A DNA stretch of 57,419 nt from Octopus bimaculoides (GCF_001194135.2 NC_068982.1:28223707-28281125), one strand, 5' to 3'; shown: positions 40,020 to 53,499, counted from the stretch's first letter. Notes: generated from the letters alone by a model not told the origin. Numbers and translations are program-made.

Positions 40020-40392
40020 ACCTCCTTCCCATTCGAGGGAGGTAAATGCTTAATATGAGATGCGACGTGTCGTGACACGTTCTCCTGTTCCAATTTTATT
40101 GCATTGGCTGCAAACCCGAGTATCGCCGTCCGTAACGCAGAGTAGGGGAAGATAAACAAATACAGAAGTCTGATCAGCCGTCATCAGTTCGTGCCGGTCA
40201 CCGATGAGACCTCAGTTATTCTAGGACACTGCACTGTTGTTTTTCCTCCGCAAAATCGGGATAACTGCGGCCCGTCTGAGAAATATCTTCCACGAAGTGA
40301 GGTGGCTGTTACAGCCATTTCTTCTGGCGTGTACAATCCGTTTTCCCCCTCCCCAACTATCTTTTACAGAATTATTCCCTGAATAGAAATGG
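40020..40392 (+). promoter_or_regulatory. CpG-rich candidate promoter or 5' UTR, short intron, and 23-nt ATG-containing exon
   Basis: Donor AA|GTGAGG at 40297; acceptor ttttccccctccccaactatcttttacAG at 40369; exon 40370-40392 has an in-frame upstream TGA, ATG at 40389 and ends G|GTATGT. Confidence 0.35.
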
Positions 40393-41053
40393 GTATGTCG
40401 TTTAAAAAATTTATTTTTATTAATTTATTTTGGTAATGTGATGACTAAAATGTTTTGTGTAAAGAAATCTTATATATATTATTACTCTAATAAGTATTTA
40501 GTCTCCTCTAGAAATTCCATATTTATATATACCATCAAACTTGCTTTATTCTATGAAAATAAGATTTTTTCCCTCCTTTATCTGTGAAATACTTTTCAGG
40601 ATTGCATGCTATTAATGTTTCTTTTTATTGTTTAATTCGGGCTACTTACTACTAGAAATTTTAATTTTTTTATACCCAAGTTGTCAACCTTGTAAATTGG
40701 AATCGACTAAAAGGATATATTTTATACATTTTCACGTCGGCCAAATATTTTACACCATCTGCTATATTTCTGAGAACTTTGTGCTTCCTTTTATGAAGTC
40801 GATCCGGCAACTCTGGTCTCAAATTGGTACTTATAATGTCTAGTGTTATTTATATCAAAATCTTAGCTGTTCATTTATCTATAATGATTTGTTTGAAAAA
40901 TAAGGACATATATATTGACAAAAAAAAAAAATGCCAGAAACAAGGAATAATATCTTCGTAGAGAAAACGCAAGTGCAGATACAATAATATATCGAATAAA
41001 AGAAATATCTATTTGATTGAAATACTAGCCTATTTTAACAGTTTGATTAAAAA

Positions 41054-41421
41054 TGTTGTTGGCACTCCGTCGCTTATGATGTCGAGGGTTCCAGTTGATC
41101 CGATCAACGGGACAGCCTGCTCGTGAAATTAACGTGCAAGTCGCTGAGCACTCCACTGACACGTGTACCCTTAACGTAGTTCTCGGGGATATTCAGCGTG
41201 ACACAGTGTGACAAGGCTGACCCTTTGAATTACAGGAACAACAGAAACAGGAAGTAAGAGTGAGAGAAAGTTGTGGTGAAAGAGTACAGCAAGGGTCGCC
41301 ACCATCCCCTGCCAGAACCTCGTGGAACTTTAGGTGTTTTCGCTCAATAAACACTCACAACGCCCGGTCTGGGAATCGAAACCGCGATCCTATGACCACG
41401 AGTCCGCTGCCCTAACCACTA
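41054..41421 (-). mobile_element. tRNA-derived SINE family D, well preserved
   Basis: Minus-strand head TAGTGGTTAGGGCAGCGGACTC...GGTTTCGATTCCC, CpG-rich body, (CAA)n-type tail gtgccaacaaca. Confidence 0.75.
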
Positions 41422-41579
41422 AAAATAAAGAAGTATAAATACATAGCAGTATAAAAAGTGAAATTCATCAGATTACAAATAAATATTTAAATGCATAGAC
41501 TATATGATCAAACCTAGATAGAAAAAAAAATAGTATAAAAACTTCTAACTGGTATTATTATGAAAAAAGTGAAGGTAAT

Positions 41580-41740
41580 ATGGTTTAATGGACAGGTCGT
41601 TGGGTTCAACCCATTTGGAACGAGATTAAATTCCCGGAATGGGTAGTACGGTGTGTCCTTGAGTCATTTAACGTTGCTCTAGTCACGTCAGCTGAAAATG
41701 AGTACCAGTGGTAGCTGAAAGCTAACCGGGACCAACAGAC
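41580..41740 (+). mobile_element. Degenerate SINE family C
   Basis: GGGTTCAACCC B-box-like and tgtgtccttgag...acgttgctctagtcac.tcagctgaaaatgagtacc CORE-like block. Confidence 0.45.
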
Positions 41741-43699
41741 CAACGTTTGTTGGTCTAATGCCCAAGGGTCAGTTGAGCATAAAGTAATTTAAACGCTAGA
41801 TAAATTGAAATAAGTCCCAACAATGAAATAGTAAGCTTTTCGGCTCGAGAAGAACTAAACTAATGGCACAAATAATTAAAACGTCAAAACTGAACATCAG
41901 TCATTAATCATTTATGCTTGAATAATTGTCATCGTACAAAACAGTCATCGTACGAAAAAGTCAAAACATTCAGTGAAATCATCGTACAAAACAGTCGAAA
42001 GATTCAGTGAATTCCGAAGATGAAAGATCGGTTTCTTCTATCTTAGGACTGCAAGAGTAACATAAAGCACATCTTTATTGCGTCATGGTAATGCAAATTG
42101 TTATTTATTTAAACAGACTGTTAATCATCTACTCATTTCAAAATCAAAGGATTACTGCCATTGTGAGGCACCGCGCTTAAGATGTTTTTAGTCGAATACG
42201 TCCATTCTAGCATTTGTTTTGCTATATGTTTTATCTTCTTGCGGTACGAAAAAAAAATGGGCATTACCATAACTTATTAGAAATGAATATCGCAGTGAAT
42301 TTCTGCCTGAATTTACTGTCCCTTACCTCCACGCTATATATATATATATATATATAAATATATATATATATAAATATANNNNNNNNNNNNNNNNNNNNNN
42401 NNNNNNNNNNNNNNNNNNNNNNNNNNNNNNNNNNNNNNNNNNNNNNNNNNNNNNNNNNNNNNNNNNNNNNNNNNNNNNNNNNNNNNNNNNNNNNNNNNNN
42501 NNNNNNNNNNNNNNNNNNNNNNNNNNNNNNNNNNNNNNNNNNNNNNNNNNNNNNNNNNNNNNNNNNNNNNNNNNNNNNNNNNNNNNNNNNNNNNNNNNNN
42601 NNNNNNNNNNNNNNNNNNNNNNNNNNNNNNNNNNNNNNNNNNNNNNNNNNNNNNNNNNNNNNNNNNNNNNNNNNNNNNNNNNNNNNNNNNNNNNNNNNTA
42701 TATATATATATATACATACATGCATACATATATATATGTGTGTGTGTGTGTGTATGTGTGTGTGTGTGTATGTGTGTGCGTCTGTGTGTACGCACAAGTA
42801 TGCATGTGTGACTAATTATGTGTCTTAATTAGCAAATAGAAGAGTAATCTTATATTAATTCCAAATTCACTCAATGTTACACAAGGTGGTTAAGATCGTT
42901 TCTCTCATACACCACTGACGTGTACCACTAGATGCTCCTGTACAAGTCATGAAAGCCTGGCAAAAAGAATCTCACTCAGCTCGTACGTTATTGAGTAATT
43001 TTAAGACTAGTAGTAACTTGAGCTAATTATTCTCTGCTTGTAAAAATATATAAACTAGGTCGATATTCTTTATATCAAGTACGCGTCGCTTTTCCATATA
43101 TATCTTTCTTGATCGCTATATTCATGTGTTTGTACGTAGGTAGAAGTCGAAATTAAAACAAAACAAATCAAACAAAAAAAGCCTGACAGTCAAAATTTGA
43201 TCATTACAAAAAAACCCAGCACGTGACTGCCGAGGCACAAAACTAGCGCTCAATAAACTTTTGGTCGAAAGTCGACATGAATTCAATCAGTATGAAAAGA
43301 AACAACACAAACGCCAAATATATTCAATCAAATTCTTGTTATAGAGATTGCAAAGGTCAAGAAACATAGAATATGAATTTAGGAACTCTACTGTTTCAGA
43401 CCAACTCCCTGTGAAATGCTAGTATGAAAATATGAAAAATATAACATAAACAAGATAAAACATGAACATCGTCGTGTATTTAATGAAGCATACATTAAAG
43501 AAAAGCCGTTCAGTAGTTATATGAATGTCTGTATGTGTCTATGTACATGTATATACATACATACACACATACGCACGCACACACACATACACACACACGC
43601 GTGCACACACATGTATATATATATAATACAAATAATATGTGAGTATATGCATATATACGTACATGTATGTACAAACCTACATTTACATGTATATATAGA

Positions 43700-43850
43700 T
43701 GTATATCTGGGTACAGGACGTCACAAAAAAAAAATAACGAAGACAAAATGAAAAACAGAACATAAACAGAGCACAGAAAATAAACAGGCCACATAGAGAA
43801 TATTTCCTTCATCAGCTGCCCCTATTCTAAACTAAGCGTTTCGAAGAATT
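43700..43850 (-). mobile_element. Penelope-like terminal fragment with hammerhead half-motifs
   Basis: Minus strand TTCGAAACGCTTAG...CAGCTGATGAAGG; the halves are in reversed order and do not close into one fold. Confidence 0.35.
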
Positions 43851-43855
43851 ATATA

Positions 43856-43907
<52 letters not shown>

Positions 43908-44672
43908 TATACAAGTATGATACACATGTGCGTGTACTCATATAATAATATAATATTCTTATGATTACATAAAAAGTAAAAAACGCACCCCACTTGCACG
44001 AAATGCAAAATTTTTTATAGATGTTGGAGAATCAGATTGACCTGTTATTCAATACATTTCATCTCCCATTTGTCACTCCTTTGGAATATATTTAGTGTGA
44101 ATTGGCAGATTATTTAGATATATCCTTTGAGGAATTAATTACCCATTAAATACATATGTACTCATCACGTGCATATGTTTTTATATGCTTGTGAGTGCAT
44201 GTGCGTTAATACATGTTTGGATATAGCTGTGGTCGAGTGATTGCATAAACATACCTCATATAGGCCTATGATTTAACTAAACATAAATGAATCCGATATT
44301 TATGCTGATTCTGCGTTCTTCAGACATTAGAAGTTTCTGTTAGTGTTGTTACTCTCACTTGGGGGTCAGCAAACTCTTTTGGAGGCAGGCGGGATCGGAA
44401 ACATTTTTATGTCTAGCATATAAATGATCTTAAAAAGGCTGCGGAAATATTTTTTAATGTTTTAAACGTCACCTGTTCTCATGAAAGTATTACTACTTAT
44501 ATAATGACGTAAAATCGGTAGGTTTCATGTGTGACTCAGTATGCAGGAAAAAGTTACAATATTTATAGTTAGGAGGAATAAAACTTACAAATGGAATATG
44601 ATTCCATGAAGACTTTGAGTCAGATTTGCTAACTCACTTGGTAACCCATGCATTCGGTTGTCTCTTTCACAG

Positions 44673-44712
44673 AAGTAGTGGATTGTATTTCTTCTGTTCC
44701 AGGGAAACCCAG
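44673..44712 (+). other. Candidate 40-nt exon (or 10-nt microexon 44703-44712)
   Basis: Acceptors tctctttcacAG (44672) and ttcttctgttccAG (44702) lie 30 nt apart and in the same frame; donor CAG|GTGAGA at 44713. Confidence 0.25.
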
Positions 44713-45552
44713 GTGAGAAAAACCTTATGATAGGGGCGAACACCATCCACAGTTGCATAGATCAGTCCTGGTTAGGATTACCATCATCTCATCTGAACTT
44801 TGGAACTGGTTGTTGATCTTTGATAAAATTCTTGCGGCTTTATTAGAAACGACAAATTGTATCATTCAGACTGAACTTGGTATTCGAAAAGTTCATATTA
44901 AGCATCATGACATTATGCTTTGTGACCATGTAATATTTGTTCCTGACTGAGGCATATGATTTACTTTGTCCAAGTTACGACTTTATCATTGACATAAACT
45001 TTTTATTAAGACAGAAATTTACAACAGCCAAATAATCAGTTTTTAAATGTTTAAATAATCAGCTTTTCATTGTCATCCATAACGTTCGATACAAAAGTGC
45101 ATACTTACTCTTTATCTAGGAGCTACGAAGTCATAATTTAGCTGTATCTGTACCAATTAAATTATAGTACTGATCAGAATCGAAATATGAAAAATCAAAC
45201 AAAAACATAAAAACACAAAACAAAAATACAATAAAATATCTCCATCAAAATAACAAAAACAAACACAAAAAGCTATATGATTACTATTATAAGTGCAAAG
45301 GACAACATTTTGAAAATGTTTTGGACATGCCAAATTCTGAAATGCTTTGGACCAGCATAAAATGACAGTCAAATTTCCTTCAAATTACATGCTACCACCT
45401 TAAAAATATATTAAGTAATGTTGTTTCTGATGTACAAAAAGATAAGAGGACCACTGTTACTATGCACTTGGTTACTGATCTTCTTGGTCAGGACTAAATA
45501 GGGGACTGAATAACACAAGACAGGAGCAAAGTTTCTTCCCGAGTCAAAGGGC

Positions 45553-45760
45553 CGATTTCCCAGTTTCAATAGTGTATAAATTCTCTATCTGGACTGGACG
45601 CCGGTCCGTCGCAGGATTACTCACTTTTGTCTACTGAGTGAACTGGAACAACGTGAAATGAAGAGTTTTGCTCAAGAACACAACGCATCGCTCGGTTCAG
45701 GAATCGAAACTACAATCTTACGATCATGAACCCAAAATCCTAACCACCAAACCACGCGCC
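45553..45760 (-). mobile_element. tRNA-derived SINE family C with CORE-like domain
   Basis: Minus strand ggcgcgtggtttggtggttagg...GTTTCGATTCC...tgtgttcttgagcaaaact...ccagttcactcag...cctgcgacggaccgggcgtccagtcca. Confidence 0.7.
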
Positions 45761-46612
45761 TCCACTGCACAAGACCGTAGTTATCAGTGAATGTCTAGAT
45801 AGGCATTAAAAAGCTAACGTTCACGACCCCCACCCAAATTTATCTTTTATCCAATGCTTAAAATCTTATAAGTGGTTGAAAAGCAGAATGGTCAATATAT
45901 TGTGAATGAGTTTTGTTGCTCTGCATATTATTATATAACTTATTTTACATCTGTAGCTATGTAATTGCCACTATCTGTCTTCTCTGTCAGTTTTTTTCTT
46001 CAAACTCCTCACATTCTTCATCCATTTTCATTTCGTATTCTATTATATTCGTGGTATTATTTGCAGTCCTCGTTTCTATAATTTCTTTTTGTCTTCATCT
46101 TCTAGCTGCGCATCTCTTTTTCTCATTTACAGCTACGTCGTTTCCCCTAACTCTTTGTCACCCTCTCTTCTACTATGCTTGTCCTAATTCATTCTCACAT
46201 CCTCTCCCCACATGTTCGCACTTTTGTATCCTCGCGCCCAGAAGTTTGTTAAGCGGTAAGAAACTGGAGCTTAGGTCACTCTGACACAACCTTAAAACCA
46301 ACAAAATCTTCATAAAAGAAGCCAGCTTTCAATAATAAGGTACGCATGCGTATATATGAGAACTCGGCATCTGTGTGAATAGCCAGATCATATCTTAACG
46401 CGCCCTTACAAGGAGACGACAGACACACAAGGGCATTATTGTCTACTTATTACTATACTGCATGAATGGAGTGTGACTAAAGCTATAAGATCTAAAAGAT
46501 AAGTATGCTAAAGTATACATATTGCAAAAAAGTTTTACGGGGTTGAAATAATTTTTGTTCAAACTAAACCACAATACAAATATTACTTTACGTTTTCTTT
46601 TCTTTATAACTT

Positions 46613-46660
<48 letters not shown>

Positions 46661-46703
46661 ACGCGCTGTGTGGGTGATGTGTGTGTACATATATGCATGA
46701 ACT

Positions 46704-46748
<45 letters not shown>

Positions 46749-47101
46749 NNNNNNNNNNNNNNNNNNNNNNNNNNNTATTTGTATGTATGTATGTATGTAT
46801 GTATGTATGTATGTATGTATGTATCTATCTATCTATGTGTTATATGTGCGTATATGTATGAATGTTATGTATGTATGTATGTATGTATGTGTTATATGTG
46901 TGTATATGTATGTATATGTTATGTATGTATATGACCAGTCATCTTGCAATGCTTGTCCCTGAAAGCCACAGTGGCGACCGAAAGAGTGCCAAAAGTGTTG
47001 TACAAGCTTTCATCAGTTAAATCCAATGACGTACAGATGTCTCTCTATCATTAATGCGAAACAGCTATCATCTAACAAGACGAGGCGATCATAGATGTAT
47101 A

Positions 47102-47145
<44 letters not shown>

Positions 47146-48303
47146 CACATGTAAATGCACACACACACACACAAACATATTTGTATATATGGTAACCACA
47201 CATTTAAATGTGTATGTATGTACTTCTAAAGGCGTGTGTGTGTGTGTGTGTGTGTGTGCGTGCGTGAATATGTGTGTTTGTGCGTGTGTGTGAGTGCGCG
47301 TGTGTGCCAGATATAATATAACGGATAGCATAAACGAGCAATCTAGAAAGCAATGTGAGAATTGAACACACATTGTTCATTTTTTAGAACGTATATGAAG
47401 CAAAGTCTAAAGTTTCTCTGAGATCCTTGTGCGTATCATTCAAAAGTTTGTTGATTGTAAGGGAATTTTCATCGACAGACGCCTGTACGTACGTATGTAT
47501 GTATGTATGTATGTATGTATGTATGTATGTATGTATGTATGTTATCAATCAGTTTCATTTCTATGTATGTATGTATGCATATCTCTTTTCTTTTTTAATT
47601 ATCATAGATCTTCCACTTAAGAGGGATGTAGTTAACACCGAGAAATTCACATTTAAAACTTAAGAAAAGTCTTGTCTATTTTTACTGTTCCACTCAGATT
47701 GTGATGTACGAATTAGCCGGTCGATTTCTTTCTGAAAATCCCATGCATGTATGTATGTATGGATGTATGTATGTATGTATGTATGTGTGTATGTATGTAT
47801 GTATGNNNNNNNNNNNNNNNNNNNNNNNNNNNNNNNNNNNNNNNNNNNNNNNNNNNNNNNNNNNNNNNNNNNNNNNNNNNNNNNNNNNNNNNNNNNNNNN
47901 NNNNNNNNNNNNNNNNNNNNNNNNNNNNNNNNNNNNNNNNNNNNNNNNNNNNNNNNNNNNNNNNNNNNNNNNNNNNNNNNNNNNNNNNNNNNNNNNNNNN
48001 NNNNNNNNNNNNNNNNNNNNNNNNNNNNNNNNNNNNNNNNNNNNNNNNNNNNNNNNNNNNNNNNNNNNNNNNNNNNNNNNNNNNNNNNNNNNNNNNNNNN
48101 NNNNNNNNNNNNNNNNNNNNNNNNNNNNNNNNNNNNNNNNNNNNNNNNNNNNNNNNNNNNNNNNNNNNNNNNNNNNNNNNNNNNNNNNNNNNNNNNNNNN
48201 NNNNNNNNNNNNNNNNNNNNNNNNNNNNNNNNNNNNNNNNNNNNNNNNNNNNNNNNNNNNNNNNNNNNNNNNNNNNNNNNNNNNNNNNNNNNNNNNNNNN
48301 NNN

Positions 48304-48335
<32 letters not shown>

Positions 48336-48535
48336 TGTACGTACATACGTACGTCCGTCTGTATGTACGTACGTATGTGCGTGTGTGCGTGCGTGCGTGC
48401 GTGTGTGTGTATGTATGCATGCATGTATGTATGTATGTATGCATGCATGCATGCATCCATCTATCTATCTATCTATGTAGATATGTATGTAAATATATGC
48501 ATAATATCTATATATACAGACATTTATACACACAC

Positions 48536-48568
<33 letters not shown>

Positions 48569-48586
48569 CGTGTTTGTGTGTTTGTG

Positions 48587-48618
<32 letters not shown>

Positions 48619-48724
48619 TGTATGTATGTATGTATGTATATAATCTATGTATATATAGACTTTCTTTGTAAAATCCCATAGTTTCGGCAGCTGCATTACC
48701 GTGTCATAGAGTATGATTTCTTTT

Positions 48725-48900
48725 ACATATGTACAAGTTCAGAATAAGAAAAGTCGATTATATCGATTCTAGCACTTTATTTTATTGAACACAATGAGGC
48801 GAAAGGCAAAGTCGAGCTTAGTGAAATTTGGACTCAGAATGTAAAGCAACGGAATGGATAATATAAGGCATTTTCTCCGCTGCTATAATGATTAGTTCAA
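48725..48900 (-). mobile_element. tRNA-derived SINE family A, degenerate
   Basis: actttattttattg...gaaaggcaaagtcgagcttagtgaaatttggactcagaatgtaaag. Confidence 0.6.
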
Positions 48901-49655
48901 GTAAACGCTTAAAATATAACTTGATTTGAAGTCAGTTCATGTAATTTATGGAAGTAGTCACCTCCCAGACTTCGAGTTGAACAGCCAGGGTTGTGAGAGT
49001 CTTAAAAAAAAAAAAATCGGATATGTTGAGATTGAACCATTTCAGGCTCTTGATGTATCATCTTGAATATCATCAGAAGCATCCTTGTAATAACATGATC
49101 CTTGTTAATAACGCGTAGTGATTTCTCGAACACTAAGCACGTTTCATTGCAGCGGTGAGCCATACATTTTTGAAATCTAACCACCAGACTATGTGGCGTC
49201 AGTAAGATGCCAGTGTTTGAATCTAGAATGCTTCCTAAAGGTCTTCTGCTTGTTTATCTACCGGAAAATGGTTTTGGTAAAGGGATGGTCGTATTCCGAA
49301 CATAGAGAAAGACATTTAATGTCTTGCTTTTGGTTTTCTCAACACTATGGTCCACAATCATTTGCTCCCAGTTATTTTTATTGTCTCTTACAACGTTCTC
49401 TATGAAGATGACTTTGTCTTACTTTGGGAATTTCAGACATTGATTACTAAAACTAGTCTGTCCTGATTTTGTCCCAATTAGTAACGTGACATAACGTGTT
49501 TCTTCAAGGGGAATACGAAATTGCATTAACTACGCTTCAATACTAGTCGGTGTTTATAGCCATTTTTGGCAGTAGACTGTTCCTCACAGCAAAGTCCATG
49601 CCATGTTAATGAGGTTCGTTTCCGCAGTTGCTCGGACTTCTCGAAGAAAGTATAA

Positions 49656-50138
49656 CTTTCACCACCAAAAAGCCATAAGAAAAGAAAAGCAGGTAAAGAA
49701 AAAAAGACAACAGCAAGTGAAAAAGAAAGTACGGAGATTCGAATTCTGGAACCGGAGCCAGCAACAATTAGAGAAAGAGATAAAACTAAAAAGGTGAAAG
49801 TTGAAGAGTGGATGGGGAGAGTGGACAAGCAAATAGAATATGTAACGCGAACAGGACAACCTTTGGGACGGAATTTAAGAACGTTGATATTTTACCATAA
49901 GGATATAGAAATAGAAAAAAAGTTAACCAAAATGAAAGGTTTAATAAAAGTTAAATTGGGACAGGACATGTTTGAACCAAGTCATAGAGCAGTATTAGTG
50001 GAGATAGAGGAAATAGAAAAACTATTAGAGTTATTTCAAGATAAGATTACAGCAAATAGAATATATGTCCGTTATGAAAATTTGACCAATGTAATTGGAG
50101 TGGAGGATCTTATAGAACATATTACAGATGAAAATTAA
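49656..50138 (+). other. Unclassified 160-codon open frame, probably TE- or virus-derived
   Basis: The track ORF 49794-50138 extends in frame back to the TAA at 49653: LSPPKSHKKRKAGKEKKTT...KVEEWMGRVDKQIEYVTRTGQPLGRNLRTLIFY...EHITDEN*. No family recognised. Confidence 0.35.
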
Positions 50139-51633
50139 AACCGATTATAAACTGTATAAAAGAACAGTAAAATGAAACTGTGAGCTTTGACGGGCTCGTA
50201 AGCCATTACATTCTTTCATTATAAATAATTCCATTTCGTATCCATCATTCGTTATATGTACTCCATGTTGTGTGTTGTCTGTCCTTGTGGTGTCCCTTCT
50301 TTGTTTAGGCTATATGCCGCTAATAAAGATAATAGTTCGGAGTCGGATGAAGTTCGTGTTAGTTCGCAATGAAGTCGGAAGGCGTCGGTTGGTTAGTTCA
50401 CAAGGGATACTGATTGTTGGTTCGTAAAGAGATTTGTTAGTTCGTTACATTGTTTTTACTGTTGTCTGGTTATCTTATTTATTGTACGTAACAAATTACG
50501 TCACAACACTTCTCTAGGCTTTTCTCCACCCGGATGTACGCTGCAACCCTAAATAGGGCTATCCAGTCACATACAAATGCATTTCCCACTTAATCCAAGC
50601 GACCAACGACGGTTGGTCTAGACCACTGTGGGAATAGTTCTAACTCGCTAATGTGAATAGTTCTAATTCGAAGGATTTAGCATATTTAGAAATGTTCCAG
50701 TTCGCTAGATTCTTCATCACTGCTAAAATTTTTAGGAATTCAAGATCAAGGGTCAATATTGCAGAAAAGGCTCATACGCGATGAAGCTTTATAGTAGTAT
50801 TGAAAGTACATATTTACCATTAAACTGTCTTCGTCGTGAAAGAGATAAATTTACAAGAAAGGCAGTTGCTTTCAGATACATAAGTGTGTTGGAAATGCAA
50901 TTAATCGGAAGCCGACATCCATAGTTTGTTTCTCTCTCTCAAAGTGTGATTTCTTGGCTTTTAGCTTTGAATCCCATACAAAGTAGCAAGGCATATGTAT
51001 GCGGGTGGCCTTTCACACGTTATTTCTGAGGTGGTTTACTGCTGCTTCGAGATACTTTGTCAAGTTAGCCTGGAGCCGAAAAGCACCCAGTTACCCTGTA
51101 AAGAGGCGGAGACGTGTGATAAGCGTTTCTTGCCATTACACAGTGGTTGTTTACTGGCTCCAGAGACTCACACATTTGGCTACTTCGTGATTATTTACAT
51201 AGTCTATACAATGGCAGCAAACCGTGCTCACTATCTGACGAGACCTGCAGAACGTGAAAACTGTATGTGTGTATGTATGTATGTATGTATGTATACATGT
51301 CATTGTTAAGTTTTATTTCAAGAGCCGGTTTCTAACCTAGATTCAAGGCTCCTTCATTGGAATTTCAACATCAACAACAGGGTATTTTAGCATACATGCA
51401 TGTATTTTTGTATGTATGTATGTATGTATGTATGTATGTATGTCTGCAAATTTGCATGTTTCACTTTATGTATGTATTCTCATGCATATAGTTGCATATC
51501 TAGACATGCTCATATATATTTAACTCATAGACTTCTGTGTATGTATATTGTATACGTGCATATAAAAATACACACACACATGCGCGCACACCCGCATGTA
51601 TATACATATATGTACGCTACTCTCTATCAATTA

Positions 51634-51691
<58 letters not shown>

Positions 51692-51731
51692 TCATCCTGT
51701 CTGTCTGTTTGTCTGTCTGTCTCTCTGTCAA

Positions 51732-51874
51732 TTATTTACATTATTTACAATTGAGAGATATTTGTCCTCATCTTCTTTGTTGTTAACACAACGTTTCGAC
51801 TGATATACCCTCCAGCTTTCATCAAGTGTCCTGGGGAAATTTCGAACCTGGTTTCTCATTCCTAAGGTATGTTG

Positions 51875-51909
<35 letters not shown>

Positions 51910-52004
51910 ATTATTATTATTATTATTACTATTATTATTGGAATCGAACTCGGAATCGGAATCTTGGGGTTAGTAGCATGCGCTCTTAACCACTACGCCA
52001 TATA
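51732..52004 (-). mobile_element. SINE-like element (family E): tRNA head, (TAA)n, and a Penelope-type hammerhead-bearing 3' part
   Basis: Head TGGCGTAGTGGTTAAGAGCGC...GAGTTCGATTCC (52004-51940); TAA tract; hammerhead-like motif at 51830-51785. Confidence 0.7.
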
Positions 52005-52405
52005 CCCACCGGTTGGACTGGCATTAAATCACCAACGTATACTCTCAAGGCTCTAGTTCAGAGGCATGCTGTCTCCTTTTTCTATCATTTCTGTCACTAC
52101 ATTAATGGCTCCCATTTCTCAGAGTTGTTTGGTCATATTCTTTCTTCATCCGAGCGCTAACTTCTTTTTCTTTCCATCATTTGTTACCCCCCCCCCATTC
52201 CGTATAACACTCCCCAACCTCGCACACTAACTGCTGTACCTAGTCCTTCCTCCCCAGTACATTAGCCAACTGGAATCTTCTTTCTGTTTACGTCTTTCCT
52301 ACTGGTGCTGATCTGCATGGATTTTAACATTAACAGCATTAAGCTCACCTGTTTTAGAGGACCTACAAAAGTCCTCCAGACTCAGCAACACGTAAAGGGG
52401 TATGT

Positions 52406-52522
<117 letters not shown>

Positions 52523-52574
52523 CGCGTACGTATTTGTGTGTATGTGTGCATCTTTTATCTTTTACTAGTTTAAG

Positions 52575-52700
52575 TAAACAAACTGCGGCCGTGCTGGGGC
52601 ACTGCCTTGAAGGATTTAGTCGACCCTAGTAATTATTTCTTTCTAAGCCTGATACTTATTCTATCAGTATCTTTTGCCGAACTGCTAATTTACGGAGATT
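52575..52700 (-). mobile_element. 3' fragment of SINE family B
   Basis: actgcggccgtgctggggcactgcctt...ctaagcctgatacttattctatc...ccgaactgctaatttacggaga, homologous to 32710-32845. Confidence 0.55.
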
Positions 52701-53499
52701 TTTCATCTTGCTTGTAAACTGATATTTGTACTTCAAATATACAAATTTATACGCATATAACTTGTTGAAAGAACTATTTAAATCCAAAACTAACGAACAC
52801 TATAAGCATTATGATTCTAAGAAACTGTAGTTTTGGTTTCTCAATTTCCCATTGAAGTAGAATATATTTGTTTCTCGGTGCTTCAATACACAACTGTTTC
52901 ATTCCATCTGTCAGAACAGTTCTGTTGTGGCTAGAGGCAGCAAGTTTGCCATCTGTTTGTATTGAACCTCAGATGTCCCTGGTTATTTGATTTTAAGGAA
53001 TCGCAGAAAAAAAAAAAACGCATCAACTGTTGCTTATGTGGCTCCCACGGACTATTTCTTTGAGTGATTGCTGTCGGATATGTATTATATACTTTTGTGA
53101 AATGAACCGAATTAATGTTAAACGTATACTCAATATTTCATTTCGAAGAATACCTACCGCCGACAAAGAGTCAAGCGAGGGCAAGAAACAATTGTGGCTT
53201 GCGAGAGGAAATATACTTGCAAAGCTGGACTGAAACATCCGTTACTCTACTATATTTAACGAAACTAAATGAAGAGTGATAGTATTTTCTTAGTTCTAGA
53301 TTGGTTGAACTAATTTAGATACACATCAGTTATTTATTCGAAGCATGTAATCTCATCGAAGGAAAGTTATAGCGTTAACGTTTAGAGCAAGCTAAATACG
53401 AATTGGAGGAAATCATACATACATACATACATACATACATAATGCTAATGGGCCGAAACTGTTGACTGACAGCTAATGATAGCTAATTGGGGTGTGTGC

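Noticed and set aside
44357-44641. Possible hAT/Charlie MITE (ggggtcagcaaact ... tttgctaactcacttg)
   Set aside because: The TIR match is poor and no 8-bp TSD is present.
51232-51270. CTGACGA...GAAAA hammerhead-like string
   Set aside because: No stem II closing pair and no cleavage triplet or stem I.
50995-51309. 104-aa ORF with faint mariner LAPSD-like similarity
   Set aside because: Needs several frameshifts; similarity too weak.
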